Shown here one piece after another: positions 12,816 to 26,653 of a stretch of DNA of 64,000 bases; within the stretch, counting starts at the first letter, position 1, and each line of letters opens with the position of its first letter. This DNA comes from Squalus acanthias (lineage: Eukaryota): the NCBI GenBank assembly GCA_030390025.1, contig CM059425.1:168456001-168520000 (forward strand). The letters run 5' to 3'. Below the pieces are notes generated by a model that had not been told where the DNA came from, ran no database searches, and was given only the letters and a program-made list of their open reading frames with translations. Made by a program: the position numbers and the translations under genes.

Positions 12816-13996
12816 TAATTATACCAGGATCTCACCCGCTGATGCCCTGCATTGCTGACCCTGCAAATTCTGGTAGAGTCAGCATTGGAGGGCATCAGTG
12901 AGTGCGATACTGGCGTAACTGCAGGGATTGCGCCTACAGATTTTTCGGGCTAGATTTTCTTATGATTGAAAACAAGAAAGCTCTTTGATCCATCACAATA
13001 CAATGTGTTCCAATGTGACTTCACTAGTGATCTGTACAAGATGCACCCACATGGGATTAGGACTACTGCTCGTGCAGAGGTTAAACACTAATTGGTTGAG
13101 CCAAACGGCCTGTTTTCCTGTTGTAATTTCTATGCAGGATAACTTACTTTAATTTATAATCAATTGTCCTTGGGATGCAATTAATCTTGCTTATTACAGT
13201 TTTGTAATTTTAATAGTACTCAGCCCCAAACATTTTTGCTTTACCACCTTTACTAATGTATATCTATCAGTATGTACACATGTTATGTTCCTATGAGCAT
13301 ATCTTTACTTTTATCAACATTAAAATCCGTTTAAATGTTACCAATTTCTCTTATAGTCATCATCACTCCTGTATCATTTTTGAATAGTGTCAACAACAGA
13401 ACAGATTTCTGCAGAACTTCAATAGATTCCTCAAGCCAGCACTTTCTCTATCACCCGCTTTTTATTGCCAAGCTAATCTTTAATTCAAGTAGTTGATTTC
13501 ATGTGAATTCTGTCAGTCTTTATCTTCTTTATAAGTCACAATTAAGTGCCTCAGATTCTGAAAATCCAAATAGAGTATATCCACTGGATTGCCTTTGTCA
13601 ACCAATTTAGTTTCCTGCTCAAAATTCCAGTGAATGAAACAAAGCCTATTTCTTCTAAATCGATGCTGATTATTCCTTTTGTAGAAAATTATTTAGAGCA
13701 TCCTGTAATTTACTCTTGAAATTCCCCCCTCCTCCCCCCAGCCTGTGCTAGATTCCTAATCTAATTCCTGAATTCATGCCACACTCCTTTTTTGAATATT
13801 GGGATAGTTTTGCTTTCTTGCAGTCCTCAGATTGAAATATTTTGTATTTAATTGGGACATTAAGCCATGGATGAAATTTTCTTCAGCTCAATGTCAGTAA
13901 AACCAAAACCATTCTCTTTGTATCCCACTAGCATCTATGTATTGCTAGTTTTTATTGCATCAACATCCCTGGCTGCCACCACAGTCGTGGAATCAA

Positions 13997-14489
13997 GGGG
14001 GAAAAATTGAGTCGCGCCCCCTTTGGGGCGCTAACTTCGCTGGGGCGCTACTTTTAGCGGCCCGAAAAAATTAGCGCTCCCGCAGCCGAAATTCATCGGT
14101 AGCGCCCCAAGAGGGAAGCGGGGCGCTACTGAAAGCACCCCGCCTCCCTCTTGGGGTGCTGCGAGGGAATATCGCAGTGCTACGTGCCAGCAACAAAAAT
14201 GGCCACCCGACACCTCGCCTTTAATTAGCGCCACCCCGGCCGCAGGTAGGCCCCCCTGATCCCATTGGACATAGCATCCGGCGGTAAGTCAGGGGGCGCT
14301 ACCGAAGATTGCGAGCGGGGCACTACACACTGCGATGACGTCATCGCCGGCGGCGCAGCGCCATGGGGCGCTAACGGTTACCGCCGCCGCTAACCTCCCG
14401 CTGAATTTCGCGGGAGGCGTTGGCAGCGCCACGCCCGGGCACTAGTTGCTTTGTGCCCCGTTAGCGCCAAGCAACCGAATTTCTTCCCC
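13997..14489. mobile_element. Harbinger-type MITE
   Basis: TIRs gggggaaaaatt / aatttcttcccc; CpG-rich; reverse-orientation relative of 31433-32141; one end shared with the 27216 element. Confidence 0.8.
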
Positions 14490-15585
14490 TTAGTGATGCC
14501 AAGATGAATTTTAATCCCACATCTGTTCCATCACCAGAATACATGATCAATTGCCCCCCCCCCCCCACCTCTTCTCCATTGTTACCAAAACCCTAATCCA
14601 CATTTTTATTACCTTTATATTGGATTGTTCAGCCTTTTCCTTCCCACCTCCACCATTGGCAAATTACAACTCAGCCATAACATTGTAGGATGTGTTCTCA
14701 AATTCATGATCAAAGCCCCACACTACCTTCACCCCTGTCTTTATCAAATGTCAGTGACTCCTGTGTTTGATTGATATTAAGACCCTGCCCTCACTATTAA
14801 ATCACTCCGTGGTCTGCTCCACCTTCCAGCTGTACATCCCCACGCAAACACTGGTCTCATCCTCTATTTCACCATTGGTGGTTGCTCTTTCATACCATTA
14901 CATCCCAGCCTTCTAAAACTCCCTCCATAAATCCCTCTGCCTTATTACCCTCTTTGCTTAGAAGCCTCCTCTGTTACATTTTGGGTCTTTTCTGCCCTTC
15001 ATATTCTAGATTTTATGGTTTTTGTTTTTTAAGTTACTCCCATTGGTGAGGCAGAACTCCCTATGATAGCCTCCATTAACCTTAATATCTAAGTTGGCTT
15101 TAAGTAGTTCGCCTAGGATAACAAACAGGTAATTACTTCTGATAATTATTTTAGCTACTGGAATTAATCTGTGCCTCTACAGGATTCTTCACCTGTCAAC
15201 ACTAAGTGGTGGAGTGTCACAACATCAGTTGAGTTTATTCAACAAATGAATAAATAACAATACTCAATATATATTTATTATAAAGCTCCGCAAAAGAAAA
15301 ATAATAAAAAAGGTTGCAATTCCTATTCTACACTATTCTTCTGATTTAACGTTTCATCTACACAATGATTTTGTATTATATTTCTCACTACAGCAGGAAC
15401 TGGCCGAGCTTGACCTAACTCTTTACCATCCAAGCAAATTCTGTCAACTCAATCCACTTAGCTCAACTCAGCTTGTTGAAAAGCTCAGGCACATATATAT
15501 TTCCCAACAGATGTGGATTTGAATAACAGATAACCAGGTACAAAAATAGCTGGCTGTAAACATAATTAAACAAACCATACATTGT

Positions 15586-16755
15586 GGCCCCGATATTTAT
15601 AGGGAGGGAGTCGGGGGGAAGGAAACCTGGAAGTTTTGGAAGTGTTGATGTCCTGCTGAATTTAACGGCAGGACCTCATTAACATTTTTTCATTCTGTTG
15701 CCTGCCCTGCAGCTGACCAGATTGACAGGCTGGGCGATTGCCAGCCGGGGAAGCCTGAAGCAAAAGGCCGCAGCCGGGGGCCATTGGGGACGATCCCTGG
15801 CCGTCGGAAAAGGTTGAAGGAAGGGGTCAGACCGGCAATCGGAAGAGAAGGAGGGATAGCAAGTTGAAGTGGGGTGGGGGTTGGACCAGCAATCGAGAGG
15901 GATCGTGGGTTGAAGGAGGGGGGGGTGGGGGAGGGTCGGACAGGCAATCGGTAGGGAGGGCAAGATTGCAGGGCAGAAGGGGCGAGTGTCAGCAGATCGC
16001 GGGGCAGAAGGCATGAGATCACAGGTTGGAGCGGGGGATTCAACCGATCATGGCAGCGTGGAGTGGTTGCGATCAGCAGAAGGTTTGTTTGGGGGAGCCA
16101 GGGGGAACCACGCCTGCTTCTCCTGGCTCACAAGCACTGCTGGATCTGGCAGCTCCCGTCTCCATTTAGCTGCCGTGTTTCTCCAGCCCTGAGAAACCCA
16201 GCCGGCAAGTGTTAAATTTAAATCAGGCTCCCAACTCCACTGTGGGAGCCAGATTTAAGTATTATAATGAGGTGCCCCGCCTCTCGCGAGTGGGACACAA
16301 ACACGCTGTGCAACCCACCGCCGGGCAGTGGTTGCGTTTCGCAGTTTTTCATTTTTAACCCACCCCCAACCCTCTCCCGTTCGTGTTTGTTTGAATTTTT
16401 TTTAGCACCTTCCCTGAAGCCTACAATTTGAAAACTCTTTCATACCAAGTGGATTCAGCCCTTCTCAGCTGCTTTCAGCTGCCAAGTTTCCCGAAACTTC
16501 GAAACCCGATTCCCTGTGGTTAAAAATAGAATCACTGTTAAAATGAAGGCAGGCAGCCTCATTATAATATTTAATGACCAACCTGCCTCCCACGAGCAGA
16601 TTCGTCACCTGCCCCTCGTCCTGCCTCCATTAAAACCGGAAGTGGGCGGGTTCGAGTCCTATTCCAGATTTTTTGCATTTTTTTTTGCATTTTTTTGCAT
16701 TTTAACCTCTGACACGACCCCAACCCACCCATTTTTTGGTGTTAAGATTCAGCTT
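15586..16755. mobile_element. Harbinger-type MITE(s) with G-rich internal repeats
   Basis: Starts ggccccgatatt, the reverse complement of the 51531 terminus; right part matches the 19862/50778 left end in reverse. Possibly composite. Confidence 0.6.
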
Positions 16756-17504
16756 TTAGAAACCTCTTCAAATCCATGCATCACTCCCCACAACATGTAG
16801 AATCAAGTTCTCCTCCATCCCGCAGGTCTTCTCCGTGGCCTTGCTGTGGCCATGGGTACCGCCATGCCGTCGCTTACTATCCAGCTGGACACTTCGAGGC
16901 TCCGCAGCCTGCCCATCTGCTGCAGCTTGCCATGGATCTTCGCCCCACTGGTACAGAACTCCCAGCTCCTATTGCGGAAGCTCAGTGTGTCCCCAGCCCC
17001 GTTCACCACCATGGTCGCCACAAACAGCGGCAATAAGGAGCGAGCCAGCAACTGTGCCACAACCATACCTGCTGAAGCACGCAGGGTAAGTGGTGAGGCT
17101 GATCATTTAAAAAAAAATTCCCACAGAGCTCCACCGGTGCTAAGAAGTGGAGCTGATAGATCTTTATAAATCATTTATATAAAACCTGGTCTACAGAGCT
17201 CCAGGGCAGTTATACCGGATTAAAATAACTTACGCCACAAAGCTCCACTGGCTCTGAAGCAGGCAACATCTATTTTTCATAGCAACTTTTATTTTAATTT
17301 ACGAAAAAGTTTCTTAAAAAAATCCATGAACAAAAATTTCTGGAGTTTAAATGTTATCAGCACTAATTTCCTGTCATCTATTACATATGCTGTACAGAAT
17401 TAAGCATTTCCAAACTCCACTGTAACAGGATTGAAACTTTTTATGAGTGATTCAACAAAACAAATGTACACGAGCTGAAAAGTTAAGTATTGTTACAATT
17501 GTTA

Positions 17505-19467
17505 CAGATAGCAAGAGTTTCTATAGTTATATAAAAAGAAAAAGGGTGGTTAAGGCAAACGTAGGTCCCTTAGAGGATGAGACTGGGAAATTAATGGTGG
17601 GAAACATGGAGATGGCAAAAATGCTGAGCAAATATTTTGTTTCAATCTTTACGGTAGAGGACACTAAGAATATCCCAACACTGGACAAACAGGGGGCTCT
17701 AGGGGGGGAGGAGCTAAATACGATTAAAATCACTAAGGAATTGGTATTCAGTAAAATAATGGGACTCAAGGCGGATAAATCCCCTGGACCTGATGGCTTA
17801 CATCCTAGGGTCTTGAGGAAAGTGGCAGTAGGGATTGTGGATGCTTTGGTAATAATTTTCCAAAATTCCCTGGACTCAGCAAAGGTCCCGGCAGATTGGA
17901 AAACTGCTAATGTAACACCCTTATTTAAAAAGGGTAGTAGGCAGAAGGCTGGAAATTATAGACCAGTTAACCTAACATCTGTGGTGGGTAAAATTTTGGA
18001 GTCTATTATTAAGGAGACAGTAACGGAACATTTAGATAAACATAATTTAATAGGACAAAGTCAGCATGGCTTTATGAAGGGGAAGTCATGTCTGACAAAT
18101 TTGCTTGAGTTCTTTGAGGACATAACGTACAGGGTGGATAAAGGGGAACCAGTGGACGTAGTGTATTTAGACTTCCAGAAGGCATTCGACAAGGTGCCAC
18201 ATAAAAGATTATTGCTCAAGATAAAAAATCACTGGATTGGGGGGAATATTCTGGCATGGGTGGAGGATTGGTTATCTAACAGGAAGCAGAGAGTTGGGAT
18301 AAATGGTTCATTCTCGGACTGGCAACCAGTAGCCAGTGGTGTTCCGCAGGGGTCGGTGCTGGGTCCCCAACTCTTTACAATCTATATTAACGATTTGGAG
18401 GAGGGGACCGAGTGTAACATATCAAAGTTTGCAGATGATACAAAGATGGGAGGGAAAGTAGAAAGTGAGGAGGACATAAAAAACCTACAAGGGGATATAG
18501 ACAGGCTGGGTGAGTGGGCGGAGATTTGGCAGATGCAATACAATATTGGAAAATGTGAGGTTATGCACTTTGGCAGGAAAAATCAGAGAGCAAGTTATTA
18601 TCTTAATGGCGAGAAACTGGAAAGTACTGCAGTACAAAGGGATCTGGGGGTCCTAGTGCAAGAAAATCAAAAAGTTAGTATGCAGGTGCAGCAGGTGATC
18701 AAGAAGGCCAACAGAATGTTGGCTTTTATTGCTAGGAGGATAGATTATAAAAACAGGAAGGTATTGCTGCAGTTATATAAGGTATTGGTGAGACCGCACC
18801 TGGAATACTGCATACAGTTTTGGTGTCCATACTTAAGAAAAGACATACTTGCTCTCGAGGCAGTACAAAGAAGGTTCACTCGGTTAATCCCGGGGATGAG
18901 GGTTTGGACAGATGAGGAGAGGTTGAGTAGATTGGGACTCTACTCATTGGAGTTCAGAAGAATGAGAGGCGATCTTATTGAAACATATAAGATTGTGAAG
19001 GAGCTTGATCGGGTGGATGCGGTAAGGATGTTCCCAAGGATGGGTGAAACTAGAACTAGGGGGCATAATCTTAGAATAAGGGGCTACTCTTTCAAAACTG
19101 AGATGAGGAGAAACTTCTTCACTCAGAGGGTAGTAGGTCTGTGGAATTTGCTGCCCCAGGAAGCTGTGGAAGCTACATCATTAAATAAATTTAAAACAGA
19201 AATAGACAGTTTCCTAGAAGTAAAGGGAATTAGGGGTTACGGGGAGCGGGCAGGAAATTGGACATGAGGCTGAGTTCGGATCGGTCAAGGCCCTGTGGGT
19301 GGCGTAGCGGGCCCAGGGGCTGAGTGGCTGGGTCCTGCTCCTACTTCTTGTGTTCTTTAGATTTGAGGTGAGGATCAGATCAGCCATGATCTTATTGAAT
19401 GGCGGAGCAGGCTCGAGGGGCCGATTGGCCTACTCCTGCTCCTATTTCTTATGTTTTTATGTTCTTA
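17505..19467 (+). mobile_element. CR1 LINE, 5'-truncated, open RT-containing ORF2 part (stop 19267) plus 3' UTR
   Basis: KSPGPDGLHPRVL, GNYRPV.LTS, YLDFQKAFDKVPH, GVPQGSVLGP, FADDTK, LVRPHLEYC; tail (tcttatgt)n-like. Confidence 0.95.
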
Positions 19468-19861
19468 AATCCAGCAGCTTCGTCCTCCTCCCATTTCAAA
19501 CTAATTCTGCATATCACAATATTTCACAATTCTACTCTCACTAGTTGGCATGCTTTATATCTATTTGGATCACTGTATAAGAAATGTTGTTCCTCCATCA
19601 ATGTTCATACTCTGGGTTGTAGCACCGGCAAAATGTGGGCATAAATTCATCAACAGATCTGGTCTGTAACTGCATGAAATATGCCCATAGATGTTCACAT
19701 GTAGGATACAGCAGGGCTGGTTTTTGGACCAGTGGGAGCAATGATAATGAGATTGAGGCCACTGAGGGAGTTAGGGAATTAGCAGTTCATAAGAAACTAC
19801 CACTATTGGCAGTAGATCTGGATGACGGGATAGAAAATGCTGTTGAGATGGTGTGCTTTAT

Positions 19862-20882
19862 GTGGGGAATTTTAACCCCAAAAAACAGGTGGGTTGGGGT
19901 CAGGTGGAAAGTTAAAGTGTTAAAAATCTAAATCCCAACCCCTACCCGCCTCCAAGCCGCCCACTTCCGGTCTTAACAGAGGCAGGACGGGGGCAGGTAG
20001 CCAAGCCGCTCCCAGGAGGCGGGTCTTCCATTTAAATATTATAATGAGGATGGGGTGCCTCAGATTTAACTACCATTTTAAATTTAACAGTGGCTGGTCG
20101 GGTTTTGCAGGCCTCGTGAAACCTGCCAGCTAATGGAAAGCGAGGACTGCTGGATCCAGGAGGTATGTGCCTTTACACTTACCTCCTGGATCCAGCGTCC
20201 CTGCCTAGCCCACCCCCGCGATCGGAGGCCCCCCACAAGGCCTCTGATTCCCCTGCCAGGCCTCCGATTTCCCTCCCCCCAGACCTCTGATCACCTTCCT
20301 GTCCCTTCCCCCCCACCACCCCCCCCCCCAAAAAAAAATACTCCTCTGGCCCCCTGATGTCGTCTGCCTCCACCCCTGATGCTCCTCCGGTCCCCCGATG
20401 TCATCTGCGGCCCCCCCGATGCTCCTCCGGCCCCCTGTTGTCATCTGCCTCCCCCCCACCCACCCAATCCTCCTCCGGACACCCAATGTTGTCTGCCTCC
20501 TCCCACTCCCACCCCCAATGCTCCTCCACTCAATCAGCCCCCGCCCCCCACCTCGATACTCCTCCGGTACCGCCCCCCCCCCCCCGATCAGCCACCGCCC
20601 CCCCAATCATTCTCTGCTCCCCACCCCCTCCCCAATCAACCCCAGGCCGCCATTCGATCTCTCCCTCCCTCCTCTCTGTGGCCTAGTGCCACAGGTCTAC
20701 CCGCCCGCAGCCAGCCAGCTTCTCCATCTGGCTAGCTATGGGTAGGAAACAGAGGTTTTCGAATACAAATTAAGCCCTGCCGTTAAATTCGGCAGGGCCT
20801 GCGAGAAACCCGTTCTCCCAGGTTTCCCGACTGCTTCTGAGCCCCCCGGCTCCCAACTCACCAAAGGATTAAAATTCGGGCC
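19862..20882. mobile_element. Harbinger-type MITE, TAT TSD, C-rich internal minisatellite
   Basis: tat|gtggggaattttaa ... ttaaaattcgggcc|tat; same family as 50778-51531. Confidence 0.75.
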
Positions 20883-21303
20883 TATGTCTTTTCACAAGCA
20901 AGGGTGTGAGATAGTCACAATCCAGAAAAATAGTTCTCCCCAGTCGGGGTTAAATGCTGATTTTTATATTGCTGTTTAATGAGATAGTGACAAGTAAAAA
21001 AAATTCCATTAAGATGCACTTTGATCACTGACTCCATTAATGATAAGACTTATCTTTCCTAGCCCACCCCCGCATAATTGAACCTTCGCTGAAAAGTTGA
21101 ACCTTTATAAACTTCTTGTTATGAAATGCACAGACGAAAATAGATTTGTAATGTACGGACAATTTGTAATATCCTCGATAACTTAAAAATCCCATTTCAA
21201 TAGCTCACCCAATACCCAGAGTGTAACAGCAAGCCATACATTGAACAGCATGAAGTTGCTGTACTTACCACATGAGAGACTGGTCAAGAAGGTAAGAGCC
21301 CAT

Positions 21304-22194
21304 GGGGGAAAAATTCAGTTGGTTGCGCCTCCCGTTAGCGCCTTAAGAGGGCGCTAATGGGGCGCAAAGCGTCTTGCGCCTGGGCGCGGCGATGTTTGCG
21401 CCGCTCGCGAAATTAACTAGACATTTTGCGGCGGCGCTAAACACTACCGCCACGATCTCCTGCGCCGGCAGATCGTGACGTCAGTCGAGTGCACTTCGCC
21501 CCGGTATCGCCCCGGAGCGGATATTGAGTTGTGCCCCCTGCCTTACCGCCTGCCGCTAGCAACGACAGGTTGAGGGGAGCGTTTTGCAGTCAGGAAGGGA
21601 CTGCGGGAGCGCTATTTAAAGGTGACCGCTTCCTGCCTTTTATTGTTGGTGACATTTTAGAACCACGCATTCTGAGAGAGAGAGGGAGACTTCTGGAGAG
21701 ATTCAACGCTGTGTGAAGGAGTTTTGGGTACTGAGCAGCACTTTGCAGGTTCATTTTAATTTGCCCCTCCTTGTAACGATTTAGAAGAGACTGTGGGGGC
21801 TGCACTCTGAGCTCTTTCCCTGGTATTCTCCATTGTTCTTTCCAGCAGATTTGATGTACAGGTCTCTCCAGGCCGAGATTCAAGGCTGCAATGAGCAGGA
21901 TGTGGATGGAAAGCAAGATCAACCCTCCCCTTTAAGAACTGGCCCGCACCATTGTGTTTGTGTTCCACTGCTGACTGACATCACATGAGCTTCGCCAGCG
22001 CTCTGAGGTAGCGCCTCGCTCCTCGGCCTTTGCGCCTTAAGACAGGTGTGAAGCGCCTGATTTAGTGCTCCAATCACCTCCAGGGGCGATAAAAGTCAAG
22101 TTTGCAGTCGGTGGCGATAATTAGCGCCAGGCGCTAATCTTTGCGCCCGGACGATAATTGCGCCCCAAATGGGTCGATACTGAATTTCTCCCCC
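21304..22194 (+). mobile_element. Non-autonomous Harbinger derivative with 3-bp TSD (CAT)
   Basis: cat|gggggaaaaatt ... aatttctccccc|cat inside a CR1 ORF; both ends align by eye to the ends of 27216-30323. Confidence 0.9.
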
Positions 22195-22636
22195 CATGGA
22201 TCCAGGGCAATTTGGCACATTGGATCCAAAATTGGCTTAGTGGCAGGAGGCAGAGGGTGATGGTCGAAGGTTGTTTTTGTGACTGGAAGCCTGTGTCCAG
22301 TGGTGTACTGCAGGGATCGGTGCTGGGTCCTTTGCTGTTTGTAGTGTACATTAATGATTTAGATATGAATGTAGGAGGTATGATCAGTAAGTTCGCAGAT
22401 GACACGAAAATTGGTGGAGTGGTAAATAGCGAGGAGGGAAGCCTCAGGCTACAGGACGATATAGACGGGTTGGTCAGATGGGCAGAACAGTGGCAAATGG
22501 AATTTAACCCTGAAAAGTGTGAGGTAATGCATTTTGGGAGCACAAACAAAGCAAGGGAATACACAATGAATGGTAGGACCCTAGGAAGGACAGAGGATCA
22601 GAGGGACCTTGGTGTGCATGTACATAGATCCCTGAA

Positions 22637-23123
22637 TGTGAGAAGTTGCACAACACCAGGTTATAGTCCAACAGCTTTATTTGAAATCACAAGCTTTCGG
22701 AGCGCTGCTCCTTCGTCAGGTGAAGTGAAGAGATGCATATAGGCACAGCACATATAGTCAGAGAACACTGCCAGATGATTACAGTTAATCTTTCCAACTG
22801 CCCTTTATCACACCTCGGCAGAGAGATAATCACGGCAATCAAAGGTGTGGATGGTGTCCAAACAGGTCAGTCAGGAAAACATTACATCAAAGACAATGTG
22901 GCAGATGCTGGGGTGATAAAGGGCAGTTGGAAAGATTAACTGTAATCATCTGGCAGTGTTCTCTGACTATATATGCTGTGCCTATATGCATCTCTTCACT
23001 TCACCTGACGAAGGAGCAGCGCTCCGAAAGCTTGTGATTTCAAATAAAGCTGTTGGACTATAACCTGGTGTTGTGCGACTTCTCACATTTGTCCACCCCA
23101 GTCCAACACCGGCATCTCCACAT
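22637..23123. mobile_element. Penelope-type fold-back element, 177-bp inverted arms, 14-bp TSD
   Basis: Arms 22635-22811 and 22913-23089 (1 mismatch seen); 34-nt 3' tail; TSD catagatccctgaa at 22623-22636 and 23124-23137. Confidence 0.9.
23001..23037 (+). ncRNA. Minimal type-I hammerhead ribozyme motif (mirror copy on minus strand in left arm)
   Basis: TCAC-CTGACGA-a-GGAGC agc GCTCC-GAAA-GC-T-T-GTGA: stem I TCAC/GTGA, 5-bp stem II, palindromic AGCT helix III. Confidence 0.7.
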
Positions 23124-23808
23124 CATAGATCCCTGAAGGCAGCAGGACAGGTAGATAAGGTGGTTAAAAAGGCATATGGGATACTTGCCTTCATTAGCCG
23201 AGGCATAGAATATAAGAACAGGGAGGTTATGATGGAGCTGTACAAAACGCTAGTTAGGCCACAGCTGGAATACTGTGTGCAGTTCTGGTCGTTACACTAT
23301 AGGAGGGATGTGATTGCATTGGAGAGGGTGCAGAAGAGATTCACCAGGATGTTACCTGGGCTGGAGCGCTTCAGCTATGAAGAGAGACTGGACAGGCTGG
23401 GGTTGTTTTCCTTCGAGCAGAGAAGGCTGAGGGGGGACCTGATTGAGGTGTACAAAATTATGAGGGGCATAGATAGGATAGATAGAAAGGAACTTTTCCC
23501 CTTAGTAGAGGGGTCAATACCCAGGTGGCATAGTTTCAAGGTAAGGGGTAGGCGGTTTAGAGGGGACTTGAGGAAAAACTTTTTCATCCGGAGGGTGGTT
23601 GGAATCTGGAACTCACTGCCTGAAAGGGTGGTAGAGGCAGGAACTCTCACAACATTCAAGAAGCATTTAGATGAGCACTTGAAACACCATAGCATACAAG
23701 GCCTTGGACCAAGTGCTGGAAAATGGGATTAGAATAGACAGGGCTTGATGGCCGGCGTGGACACGATGGGCCGAAGGGCCTCTTTGTGTGCTGTATAACT
23801 CTATGACT

Positions 23809-26225
23809 TTAAGGGACGGTTTCCTAAACCAATATGTTGAGGAACCAACTCGAGGGGAGGCCATCCTGGACTGGGTGTTGTGTAATGAGGAGGGACTAAT
23901 CAGCAATCTTGTGGTACGAGGCCCCCTGGGGAAGAGTGACCATAGTATGGTGGAGTTCTACATTAGGATGGAGAAGGAAACAGTTAAGTCAGAGACCATG
24001 GTCCAGAACTTAAATAAGGGCAACTTTGAGGGTATGAGGCGTGAATTGGCGAGGTTAAATTGGCAAGCGATATTTAAGGGGCTATCAGTGGAAGGGCAAT
24101 GGCAGACATTTAGAGATCGCATGGATGAACGACAACAATTGTACATCCCGGTCTGGCGTAAAAATAAAAAAGGGAAGGTGGCTCAACCATGGCTAACAAG
24201 GGAAATCAGGGATAGTATTAAAACCAAGGAAGTTGCCTACAAATTGGCCAGAAGTAGCAGCAAACCCGGGGACTGGGAGAACTTCAAAACTCAGCAGAGG
24301 AGGACGAAGGGTTTGATTAGGGCAGGGAAAATAAAATATGAAAGGAAGCTTGCAGAGAACATTAAAATGGACTGCAAAAGCTTCTATAAATATGTAAAAA
24401 GAAAGAGGTTAGTAAAAACAAACGTAGGTCCCCTGCAGTCGGAAACAGGGGAAGTCGTAATGGGGAACAAGGAAATGGCAGATCAATTGAACAAGTACTT
24501 TGGTTCGGTGTTTACTGTGGAGGACACACACAACCTGCCGGAAATAAAAGGGGTCAGAGGATCTGGTAAGAGGGAGGAGCTGAGGGAAATCCTTATTAGT
24601 CGGGAAAAGGTATTGGGGAAATTGATGGGACTGAAGGCTGAAAAATCCCCGGGGCCTGATGGTCTGCATCCCAGAGTACTTAAGGAGGTGGCCTTGGAAA
24701 TAGTGGATGCATTGACGATCATTTTCCAACATTCCTTAGACTCTGGATCAGTTCCGATGGAGTGGAGGGTGGCCAATGTAACCCCTCTTTTTAAAAAAGG
24801 AGGGAGGGAGAAAGCAGGGAATTATAGACCGGTCAGCCTGACATCGGTCGTGGGTAAAATGATGGAAGCAATTATTAAAGATGTCATAACAGACCATTTG
24901 GAAAGTGGCGACATGATAGGTCCAAGTCAGCATGGATTTGTGAAAGGGAAATCATGCTTGACAAATCATCTGGAATTTTTTGAGGATGTTTCCAATAGGG
25001 TGGACAGGGGGGAACCAGTAGATGTGGTGTATTTGGACTTTCAGAAGGCCTTCGACAAGGTCCCACACAAGAGATTGGTGAGCAAAGTTAAAGCACATGG
25101 GATTGGGGGTAATGTGTTGACGTGGATTGAGAACTGGTTGGCACACAGGAAACAAAGAGTAGGAGTAAATGGGTACTTTTCAGAATGGCAGGCAGTGACC
25201 AGCGGGGTACCGCAGGGTTCGGTGCTGGGACCCCAGCTGTTTACATTATATATTAATGATTTGGACGAAGGGATTAAATGTAATATCTCCAAATTTGCGG
25301 ATGACACTAAATTGGGAGGCAGTGTGAACAATGAGGAGGATGCTAGGAGGCTACAGAGTGACTTGGACAGGTTGGGTGAATGGGCAAATGTATGGCAGAT
25401 GAAGTACAATGTGGATAAATGTGAGGTTATCCACTTTGGTGGTAAAAATAGAGAGGCAGACTATTACCTGAATGGTGGCAGATTAGGGAAAGGGGAGGTG
25501 CAACGAGACCTGGGCGTCATGGTACATCAGTCACTGAAGGTGGGAATGCAAGTGCAGCAGGCAGTCAAGAAAGCAAACGGAATGATGGCCTTCATAGTAA
25601 GGGGATTTGAGTACAGGAGTAGGGAGGTGATGCTGCAGTTGTACAGGGCCTTGGTGAGGCCACACCTGGAGTATTGTGCGCAGTTTTGGTCTCCTAACTT
25701 AAGGAAGGACATTCTTGCTATTGAGGGAGTGCAGCGAAGGTTCACTAGATTGATTCCTGGGATGGCCGGACTGACATATCAAGAAAGATTGGGTCAACTG
25801 AACTTGTATCCTCTGGAGTTCAGAAGAATGAGGGGGTATCTTATAGAGACATTTAAAATCCTGACTGGTTTAGACAAATTAGATGCGGCAGAATGTTCCC
25901 AATGTTAGGGAAAACTAGAACCAGGGGTCACAGTCTAAGGATTAAGGGGAAGCCATTTAAGACTGAGCTGAGGAGGAACTTCTTCACCCAGAGAGTGGTG
26001 AATCTATGGAATTCTCTTCCACAGAAGGTTGTTGAGGCCAGTTCGCTAAATATATTCAAAAGGGAGTTAGATATAACACTCACAACTAGGGGGATCAAGG
26101 GGTATGGCGAGAAAGCAGGAATGGGGTACTGAGGTAGCATGTTCAGCCATGAACGCATTGAATGGCGGTGCAGGCTCGAAGGACCGAATGGTCTACTCCT
26201 GTACCTATTTTCTATGTTTCTATGA
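23809..26225 (+). mobile_element. CR1 LINE (end of endonuclease plus RT, one late frameshift) inserted in the tail of the preceding CR1
   Basis: 706-aa ORF with LGKSDH, FADDTK and others; frameshift ~25890; ctatgact on both flanks. Confidence 0.95.
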
Positions 26226-26653
26226 CTCTATGACTCTACCTCATAGGAATAAACTCACCAGAAAAAGTTAGCGCTTGTCCAGTCCAGTCTAAGTACCCTT
26301 TAAACGATGGGATAAGTCTTAACTACTGTCAAAGAACCTCTCTGACACTGAAAATTAACTTTTATAAGTGTGCAGTCACAGTCCTTCAGATTTTAATTTT
26401 TTTCTTTAACGTTTTTTACTTTTTTCTGTCTCTTTTATCTCTCTTAATCCAATCTTTCTCTCTTTATTTTGCTTTCTGTACCTGATTTGACATTGAATTC
26501 GTTATTCTAACTGACACTTCTTGGTTCAGACTCATTAACGATTCTTCAATCTGATTGGTTAAGGAGACACACAGCTGCTTGCCTAGGTCACACAGGTCCC
26601 AGATGCCCTGTAGAGGGTGCTGTGCTTTTTGGATGGTTGGCTGACAGGAACTT

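Larger units (their letters stand above)
21268..23808 (+). mobile_element. CR1 LINE 3' part interrupted by a MITE (21304-22194) and a hairpin element (22637-23123)
   Basis: RT reads LVKKVRAH|...IQGNLAHWIQNWL, FADDTK, LGVHVHRSL|KAAGQVDKVVKKAYG; tail ctctatgact. Confidence 0.9.

Noticed and set aside
20205..20745. Pro/Gly-rich ORFs (also 15679-16043 and 50983-51636)
   Set aside because: Translations of C/G-rich minisatellites inside MITEs.
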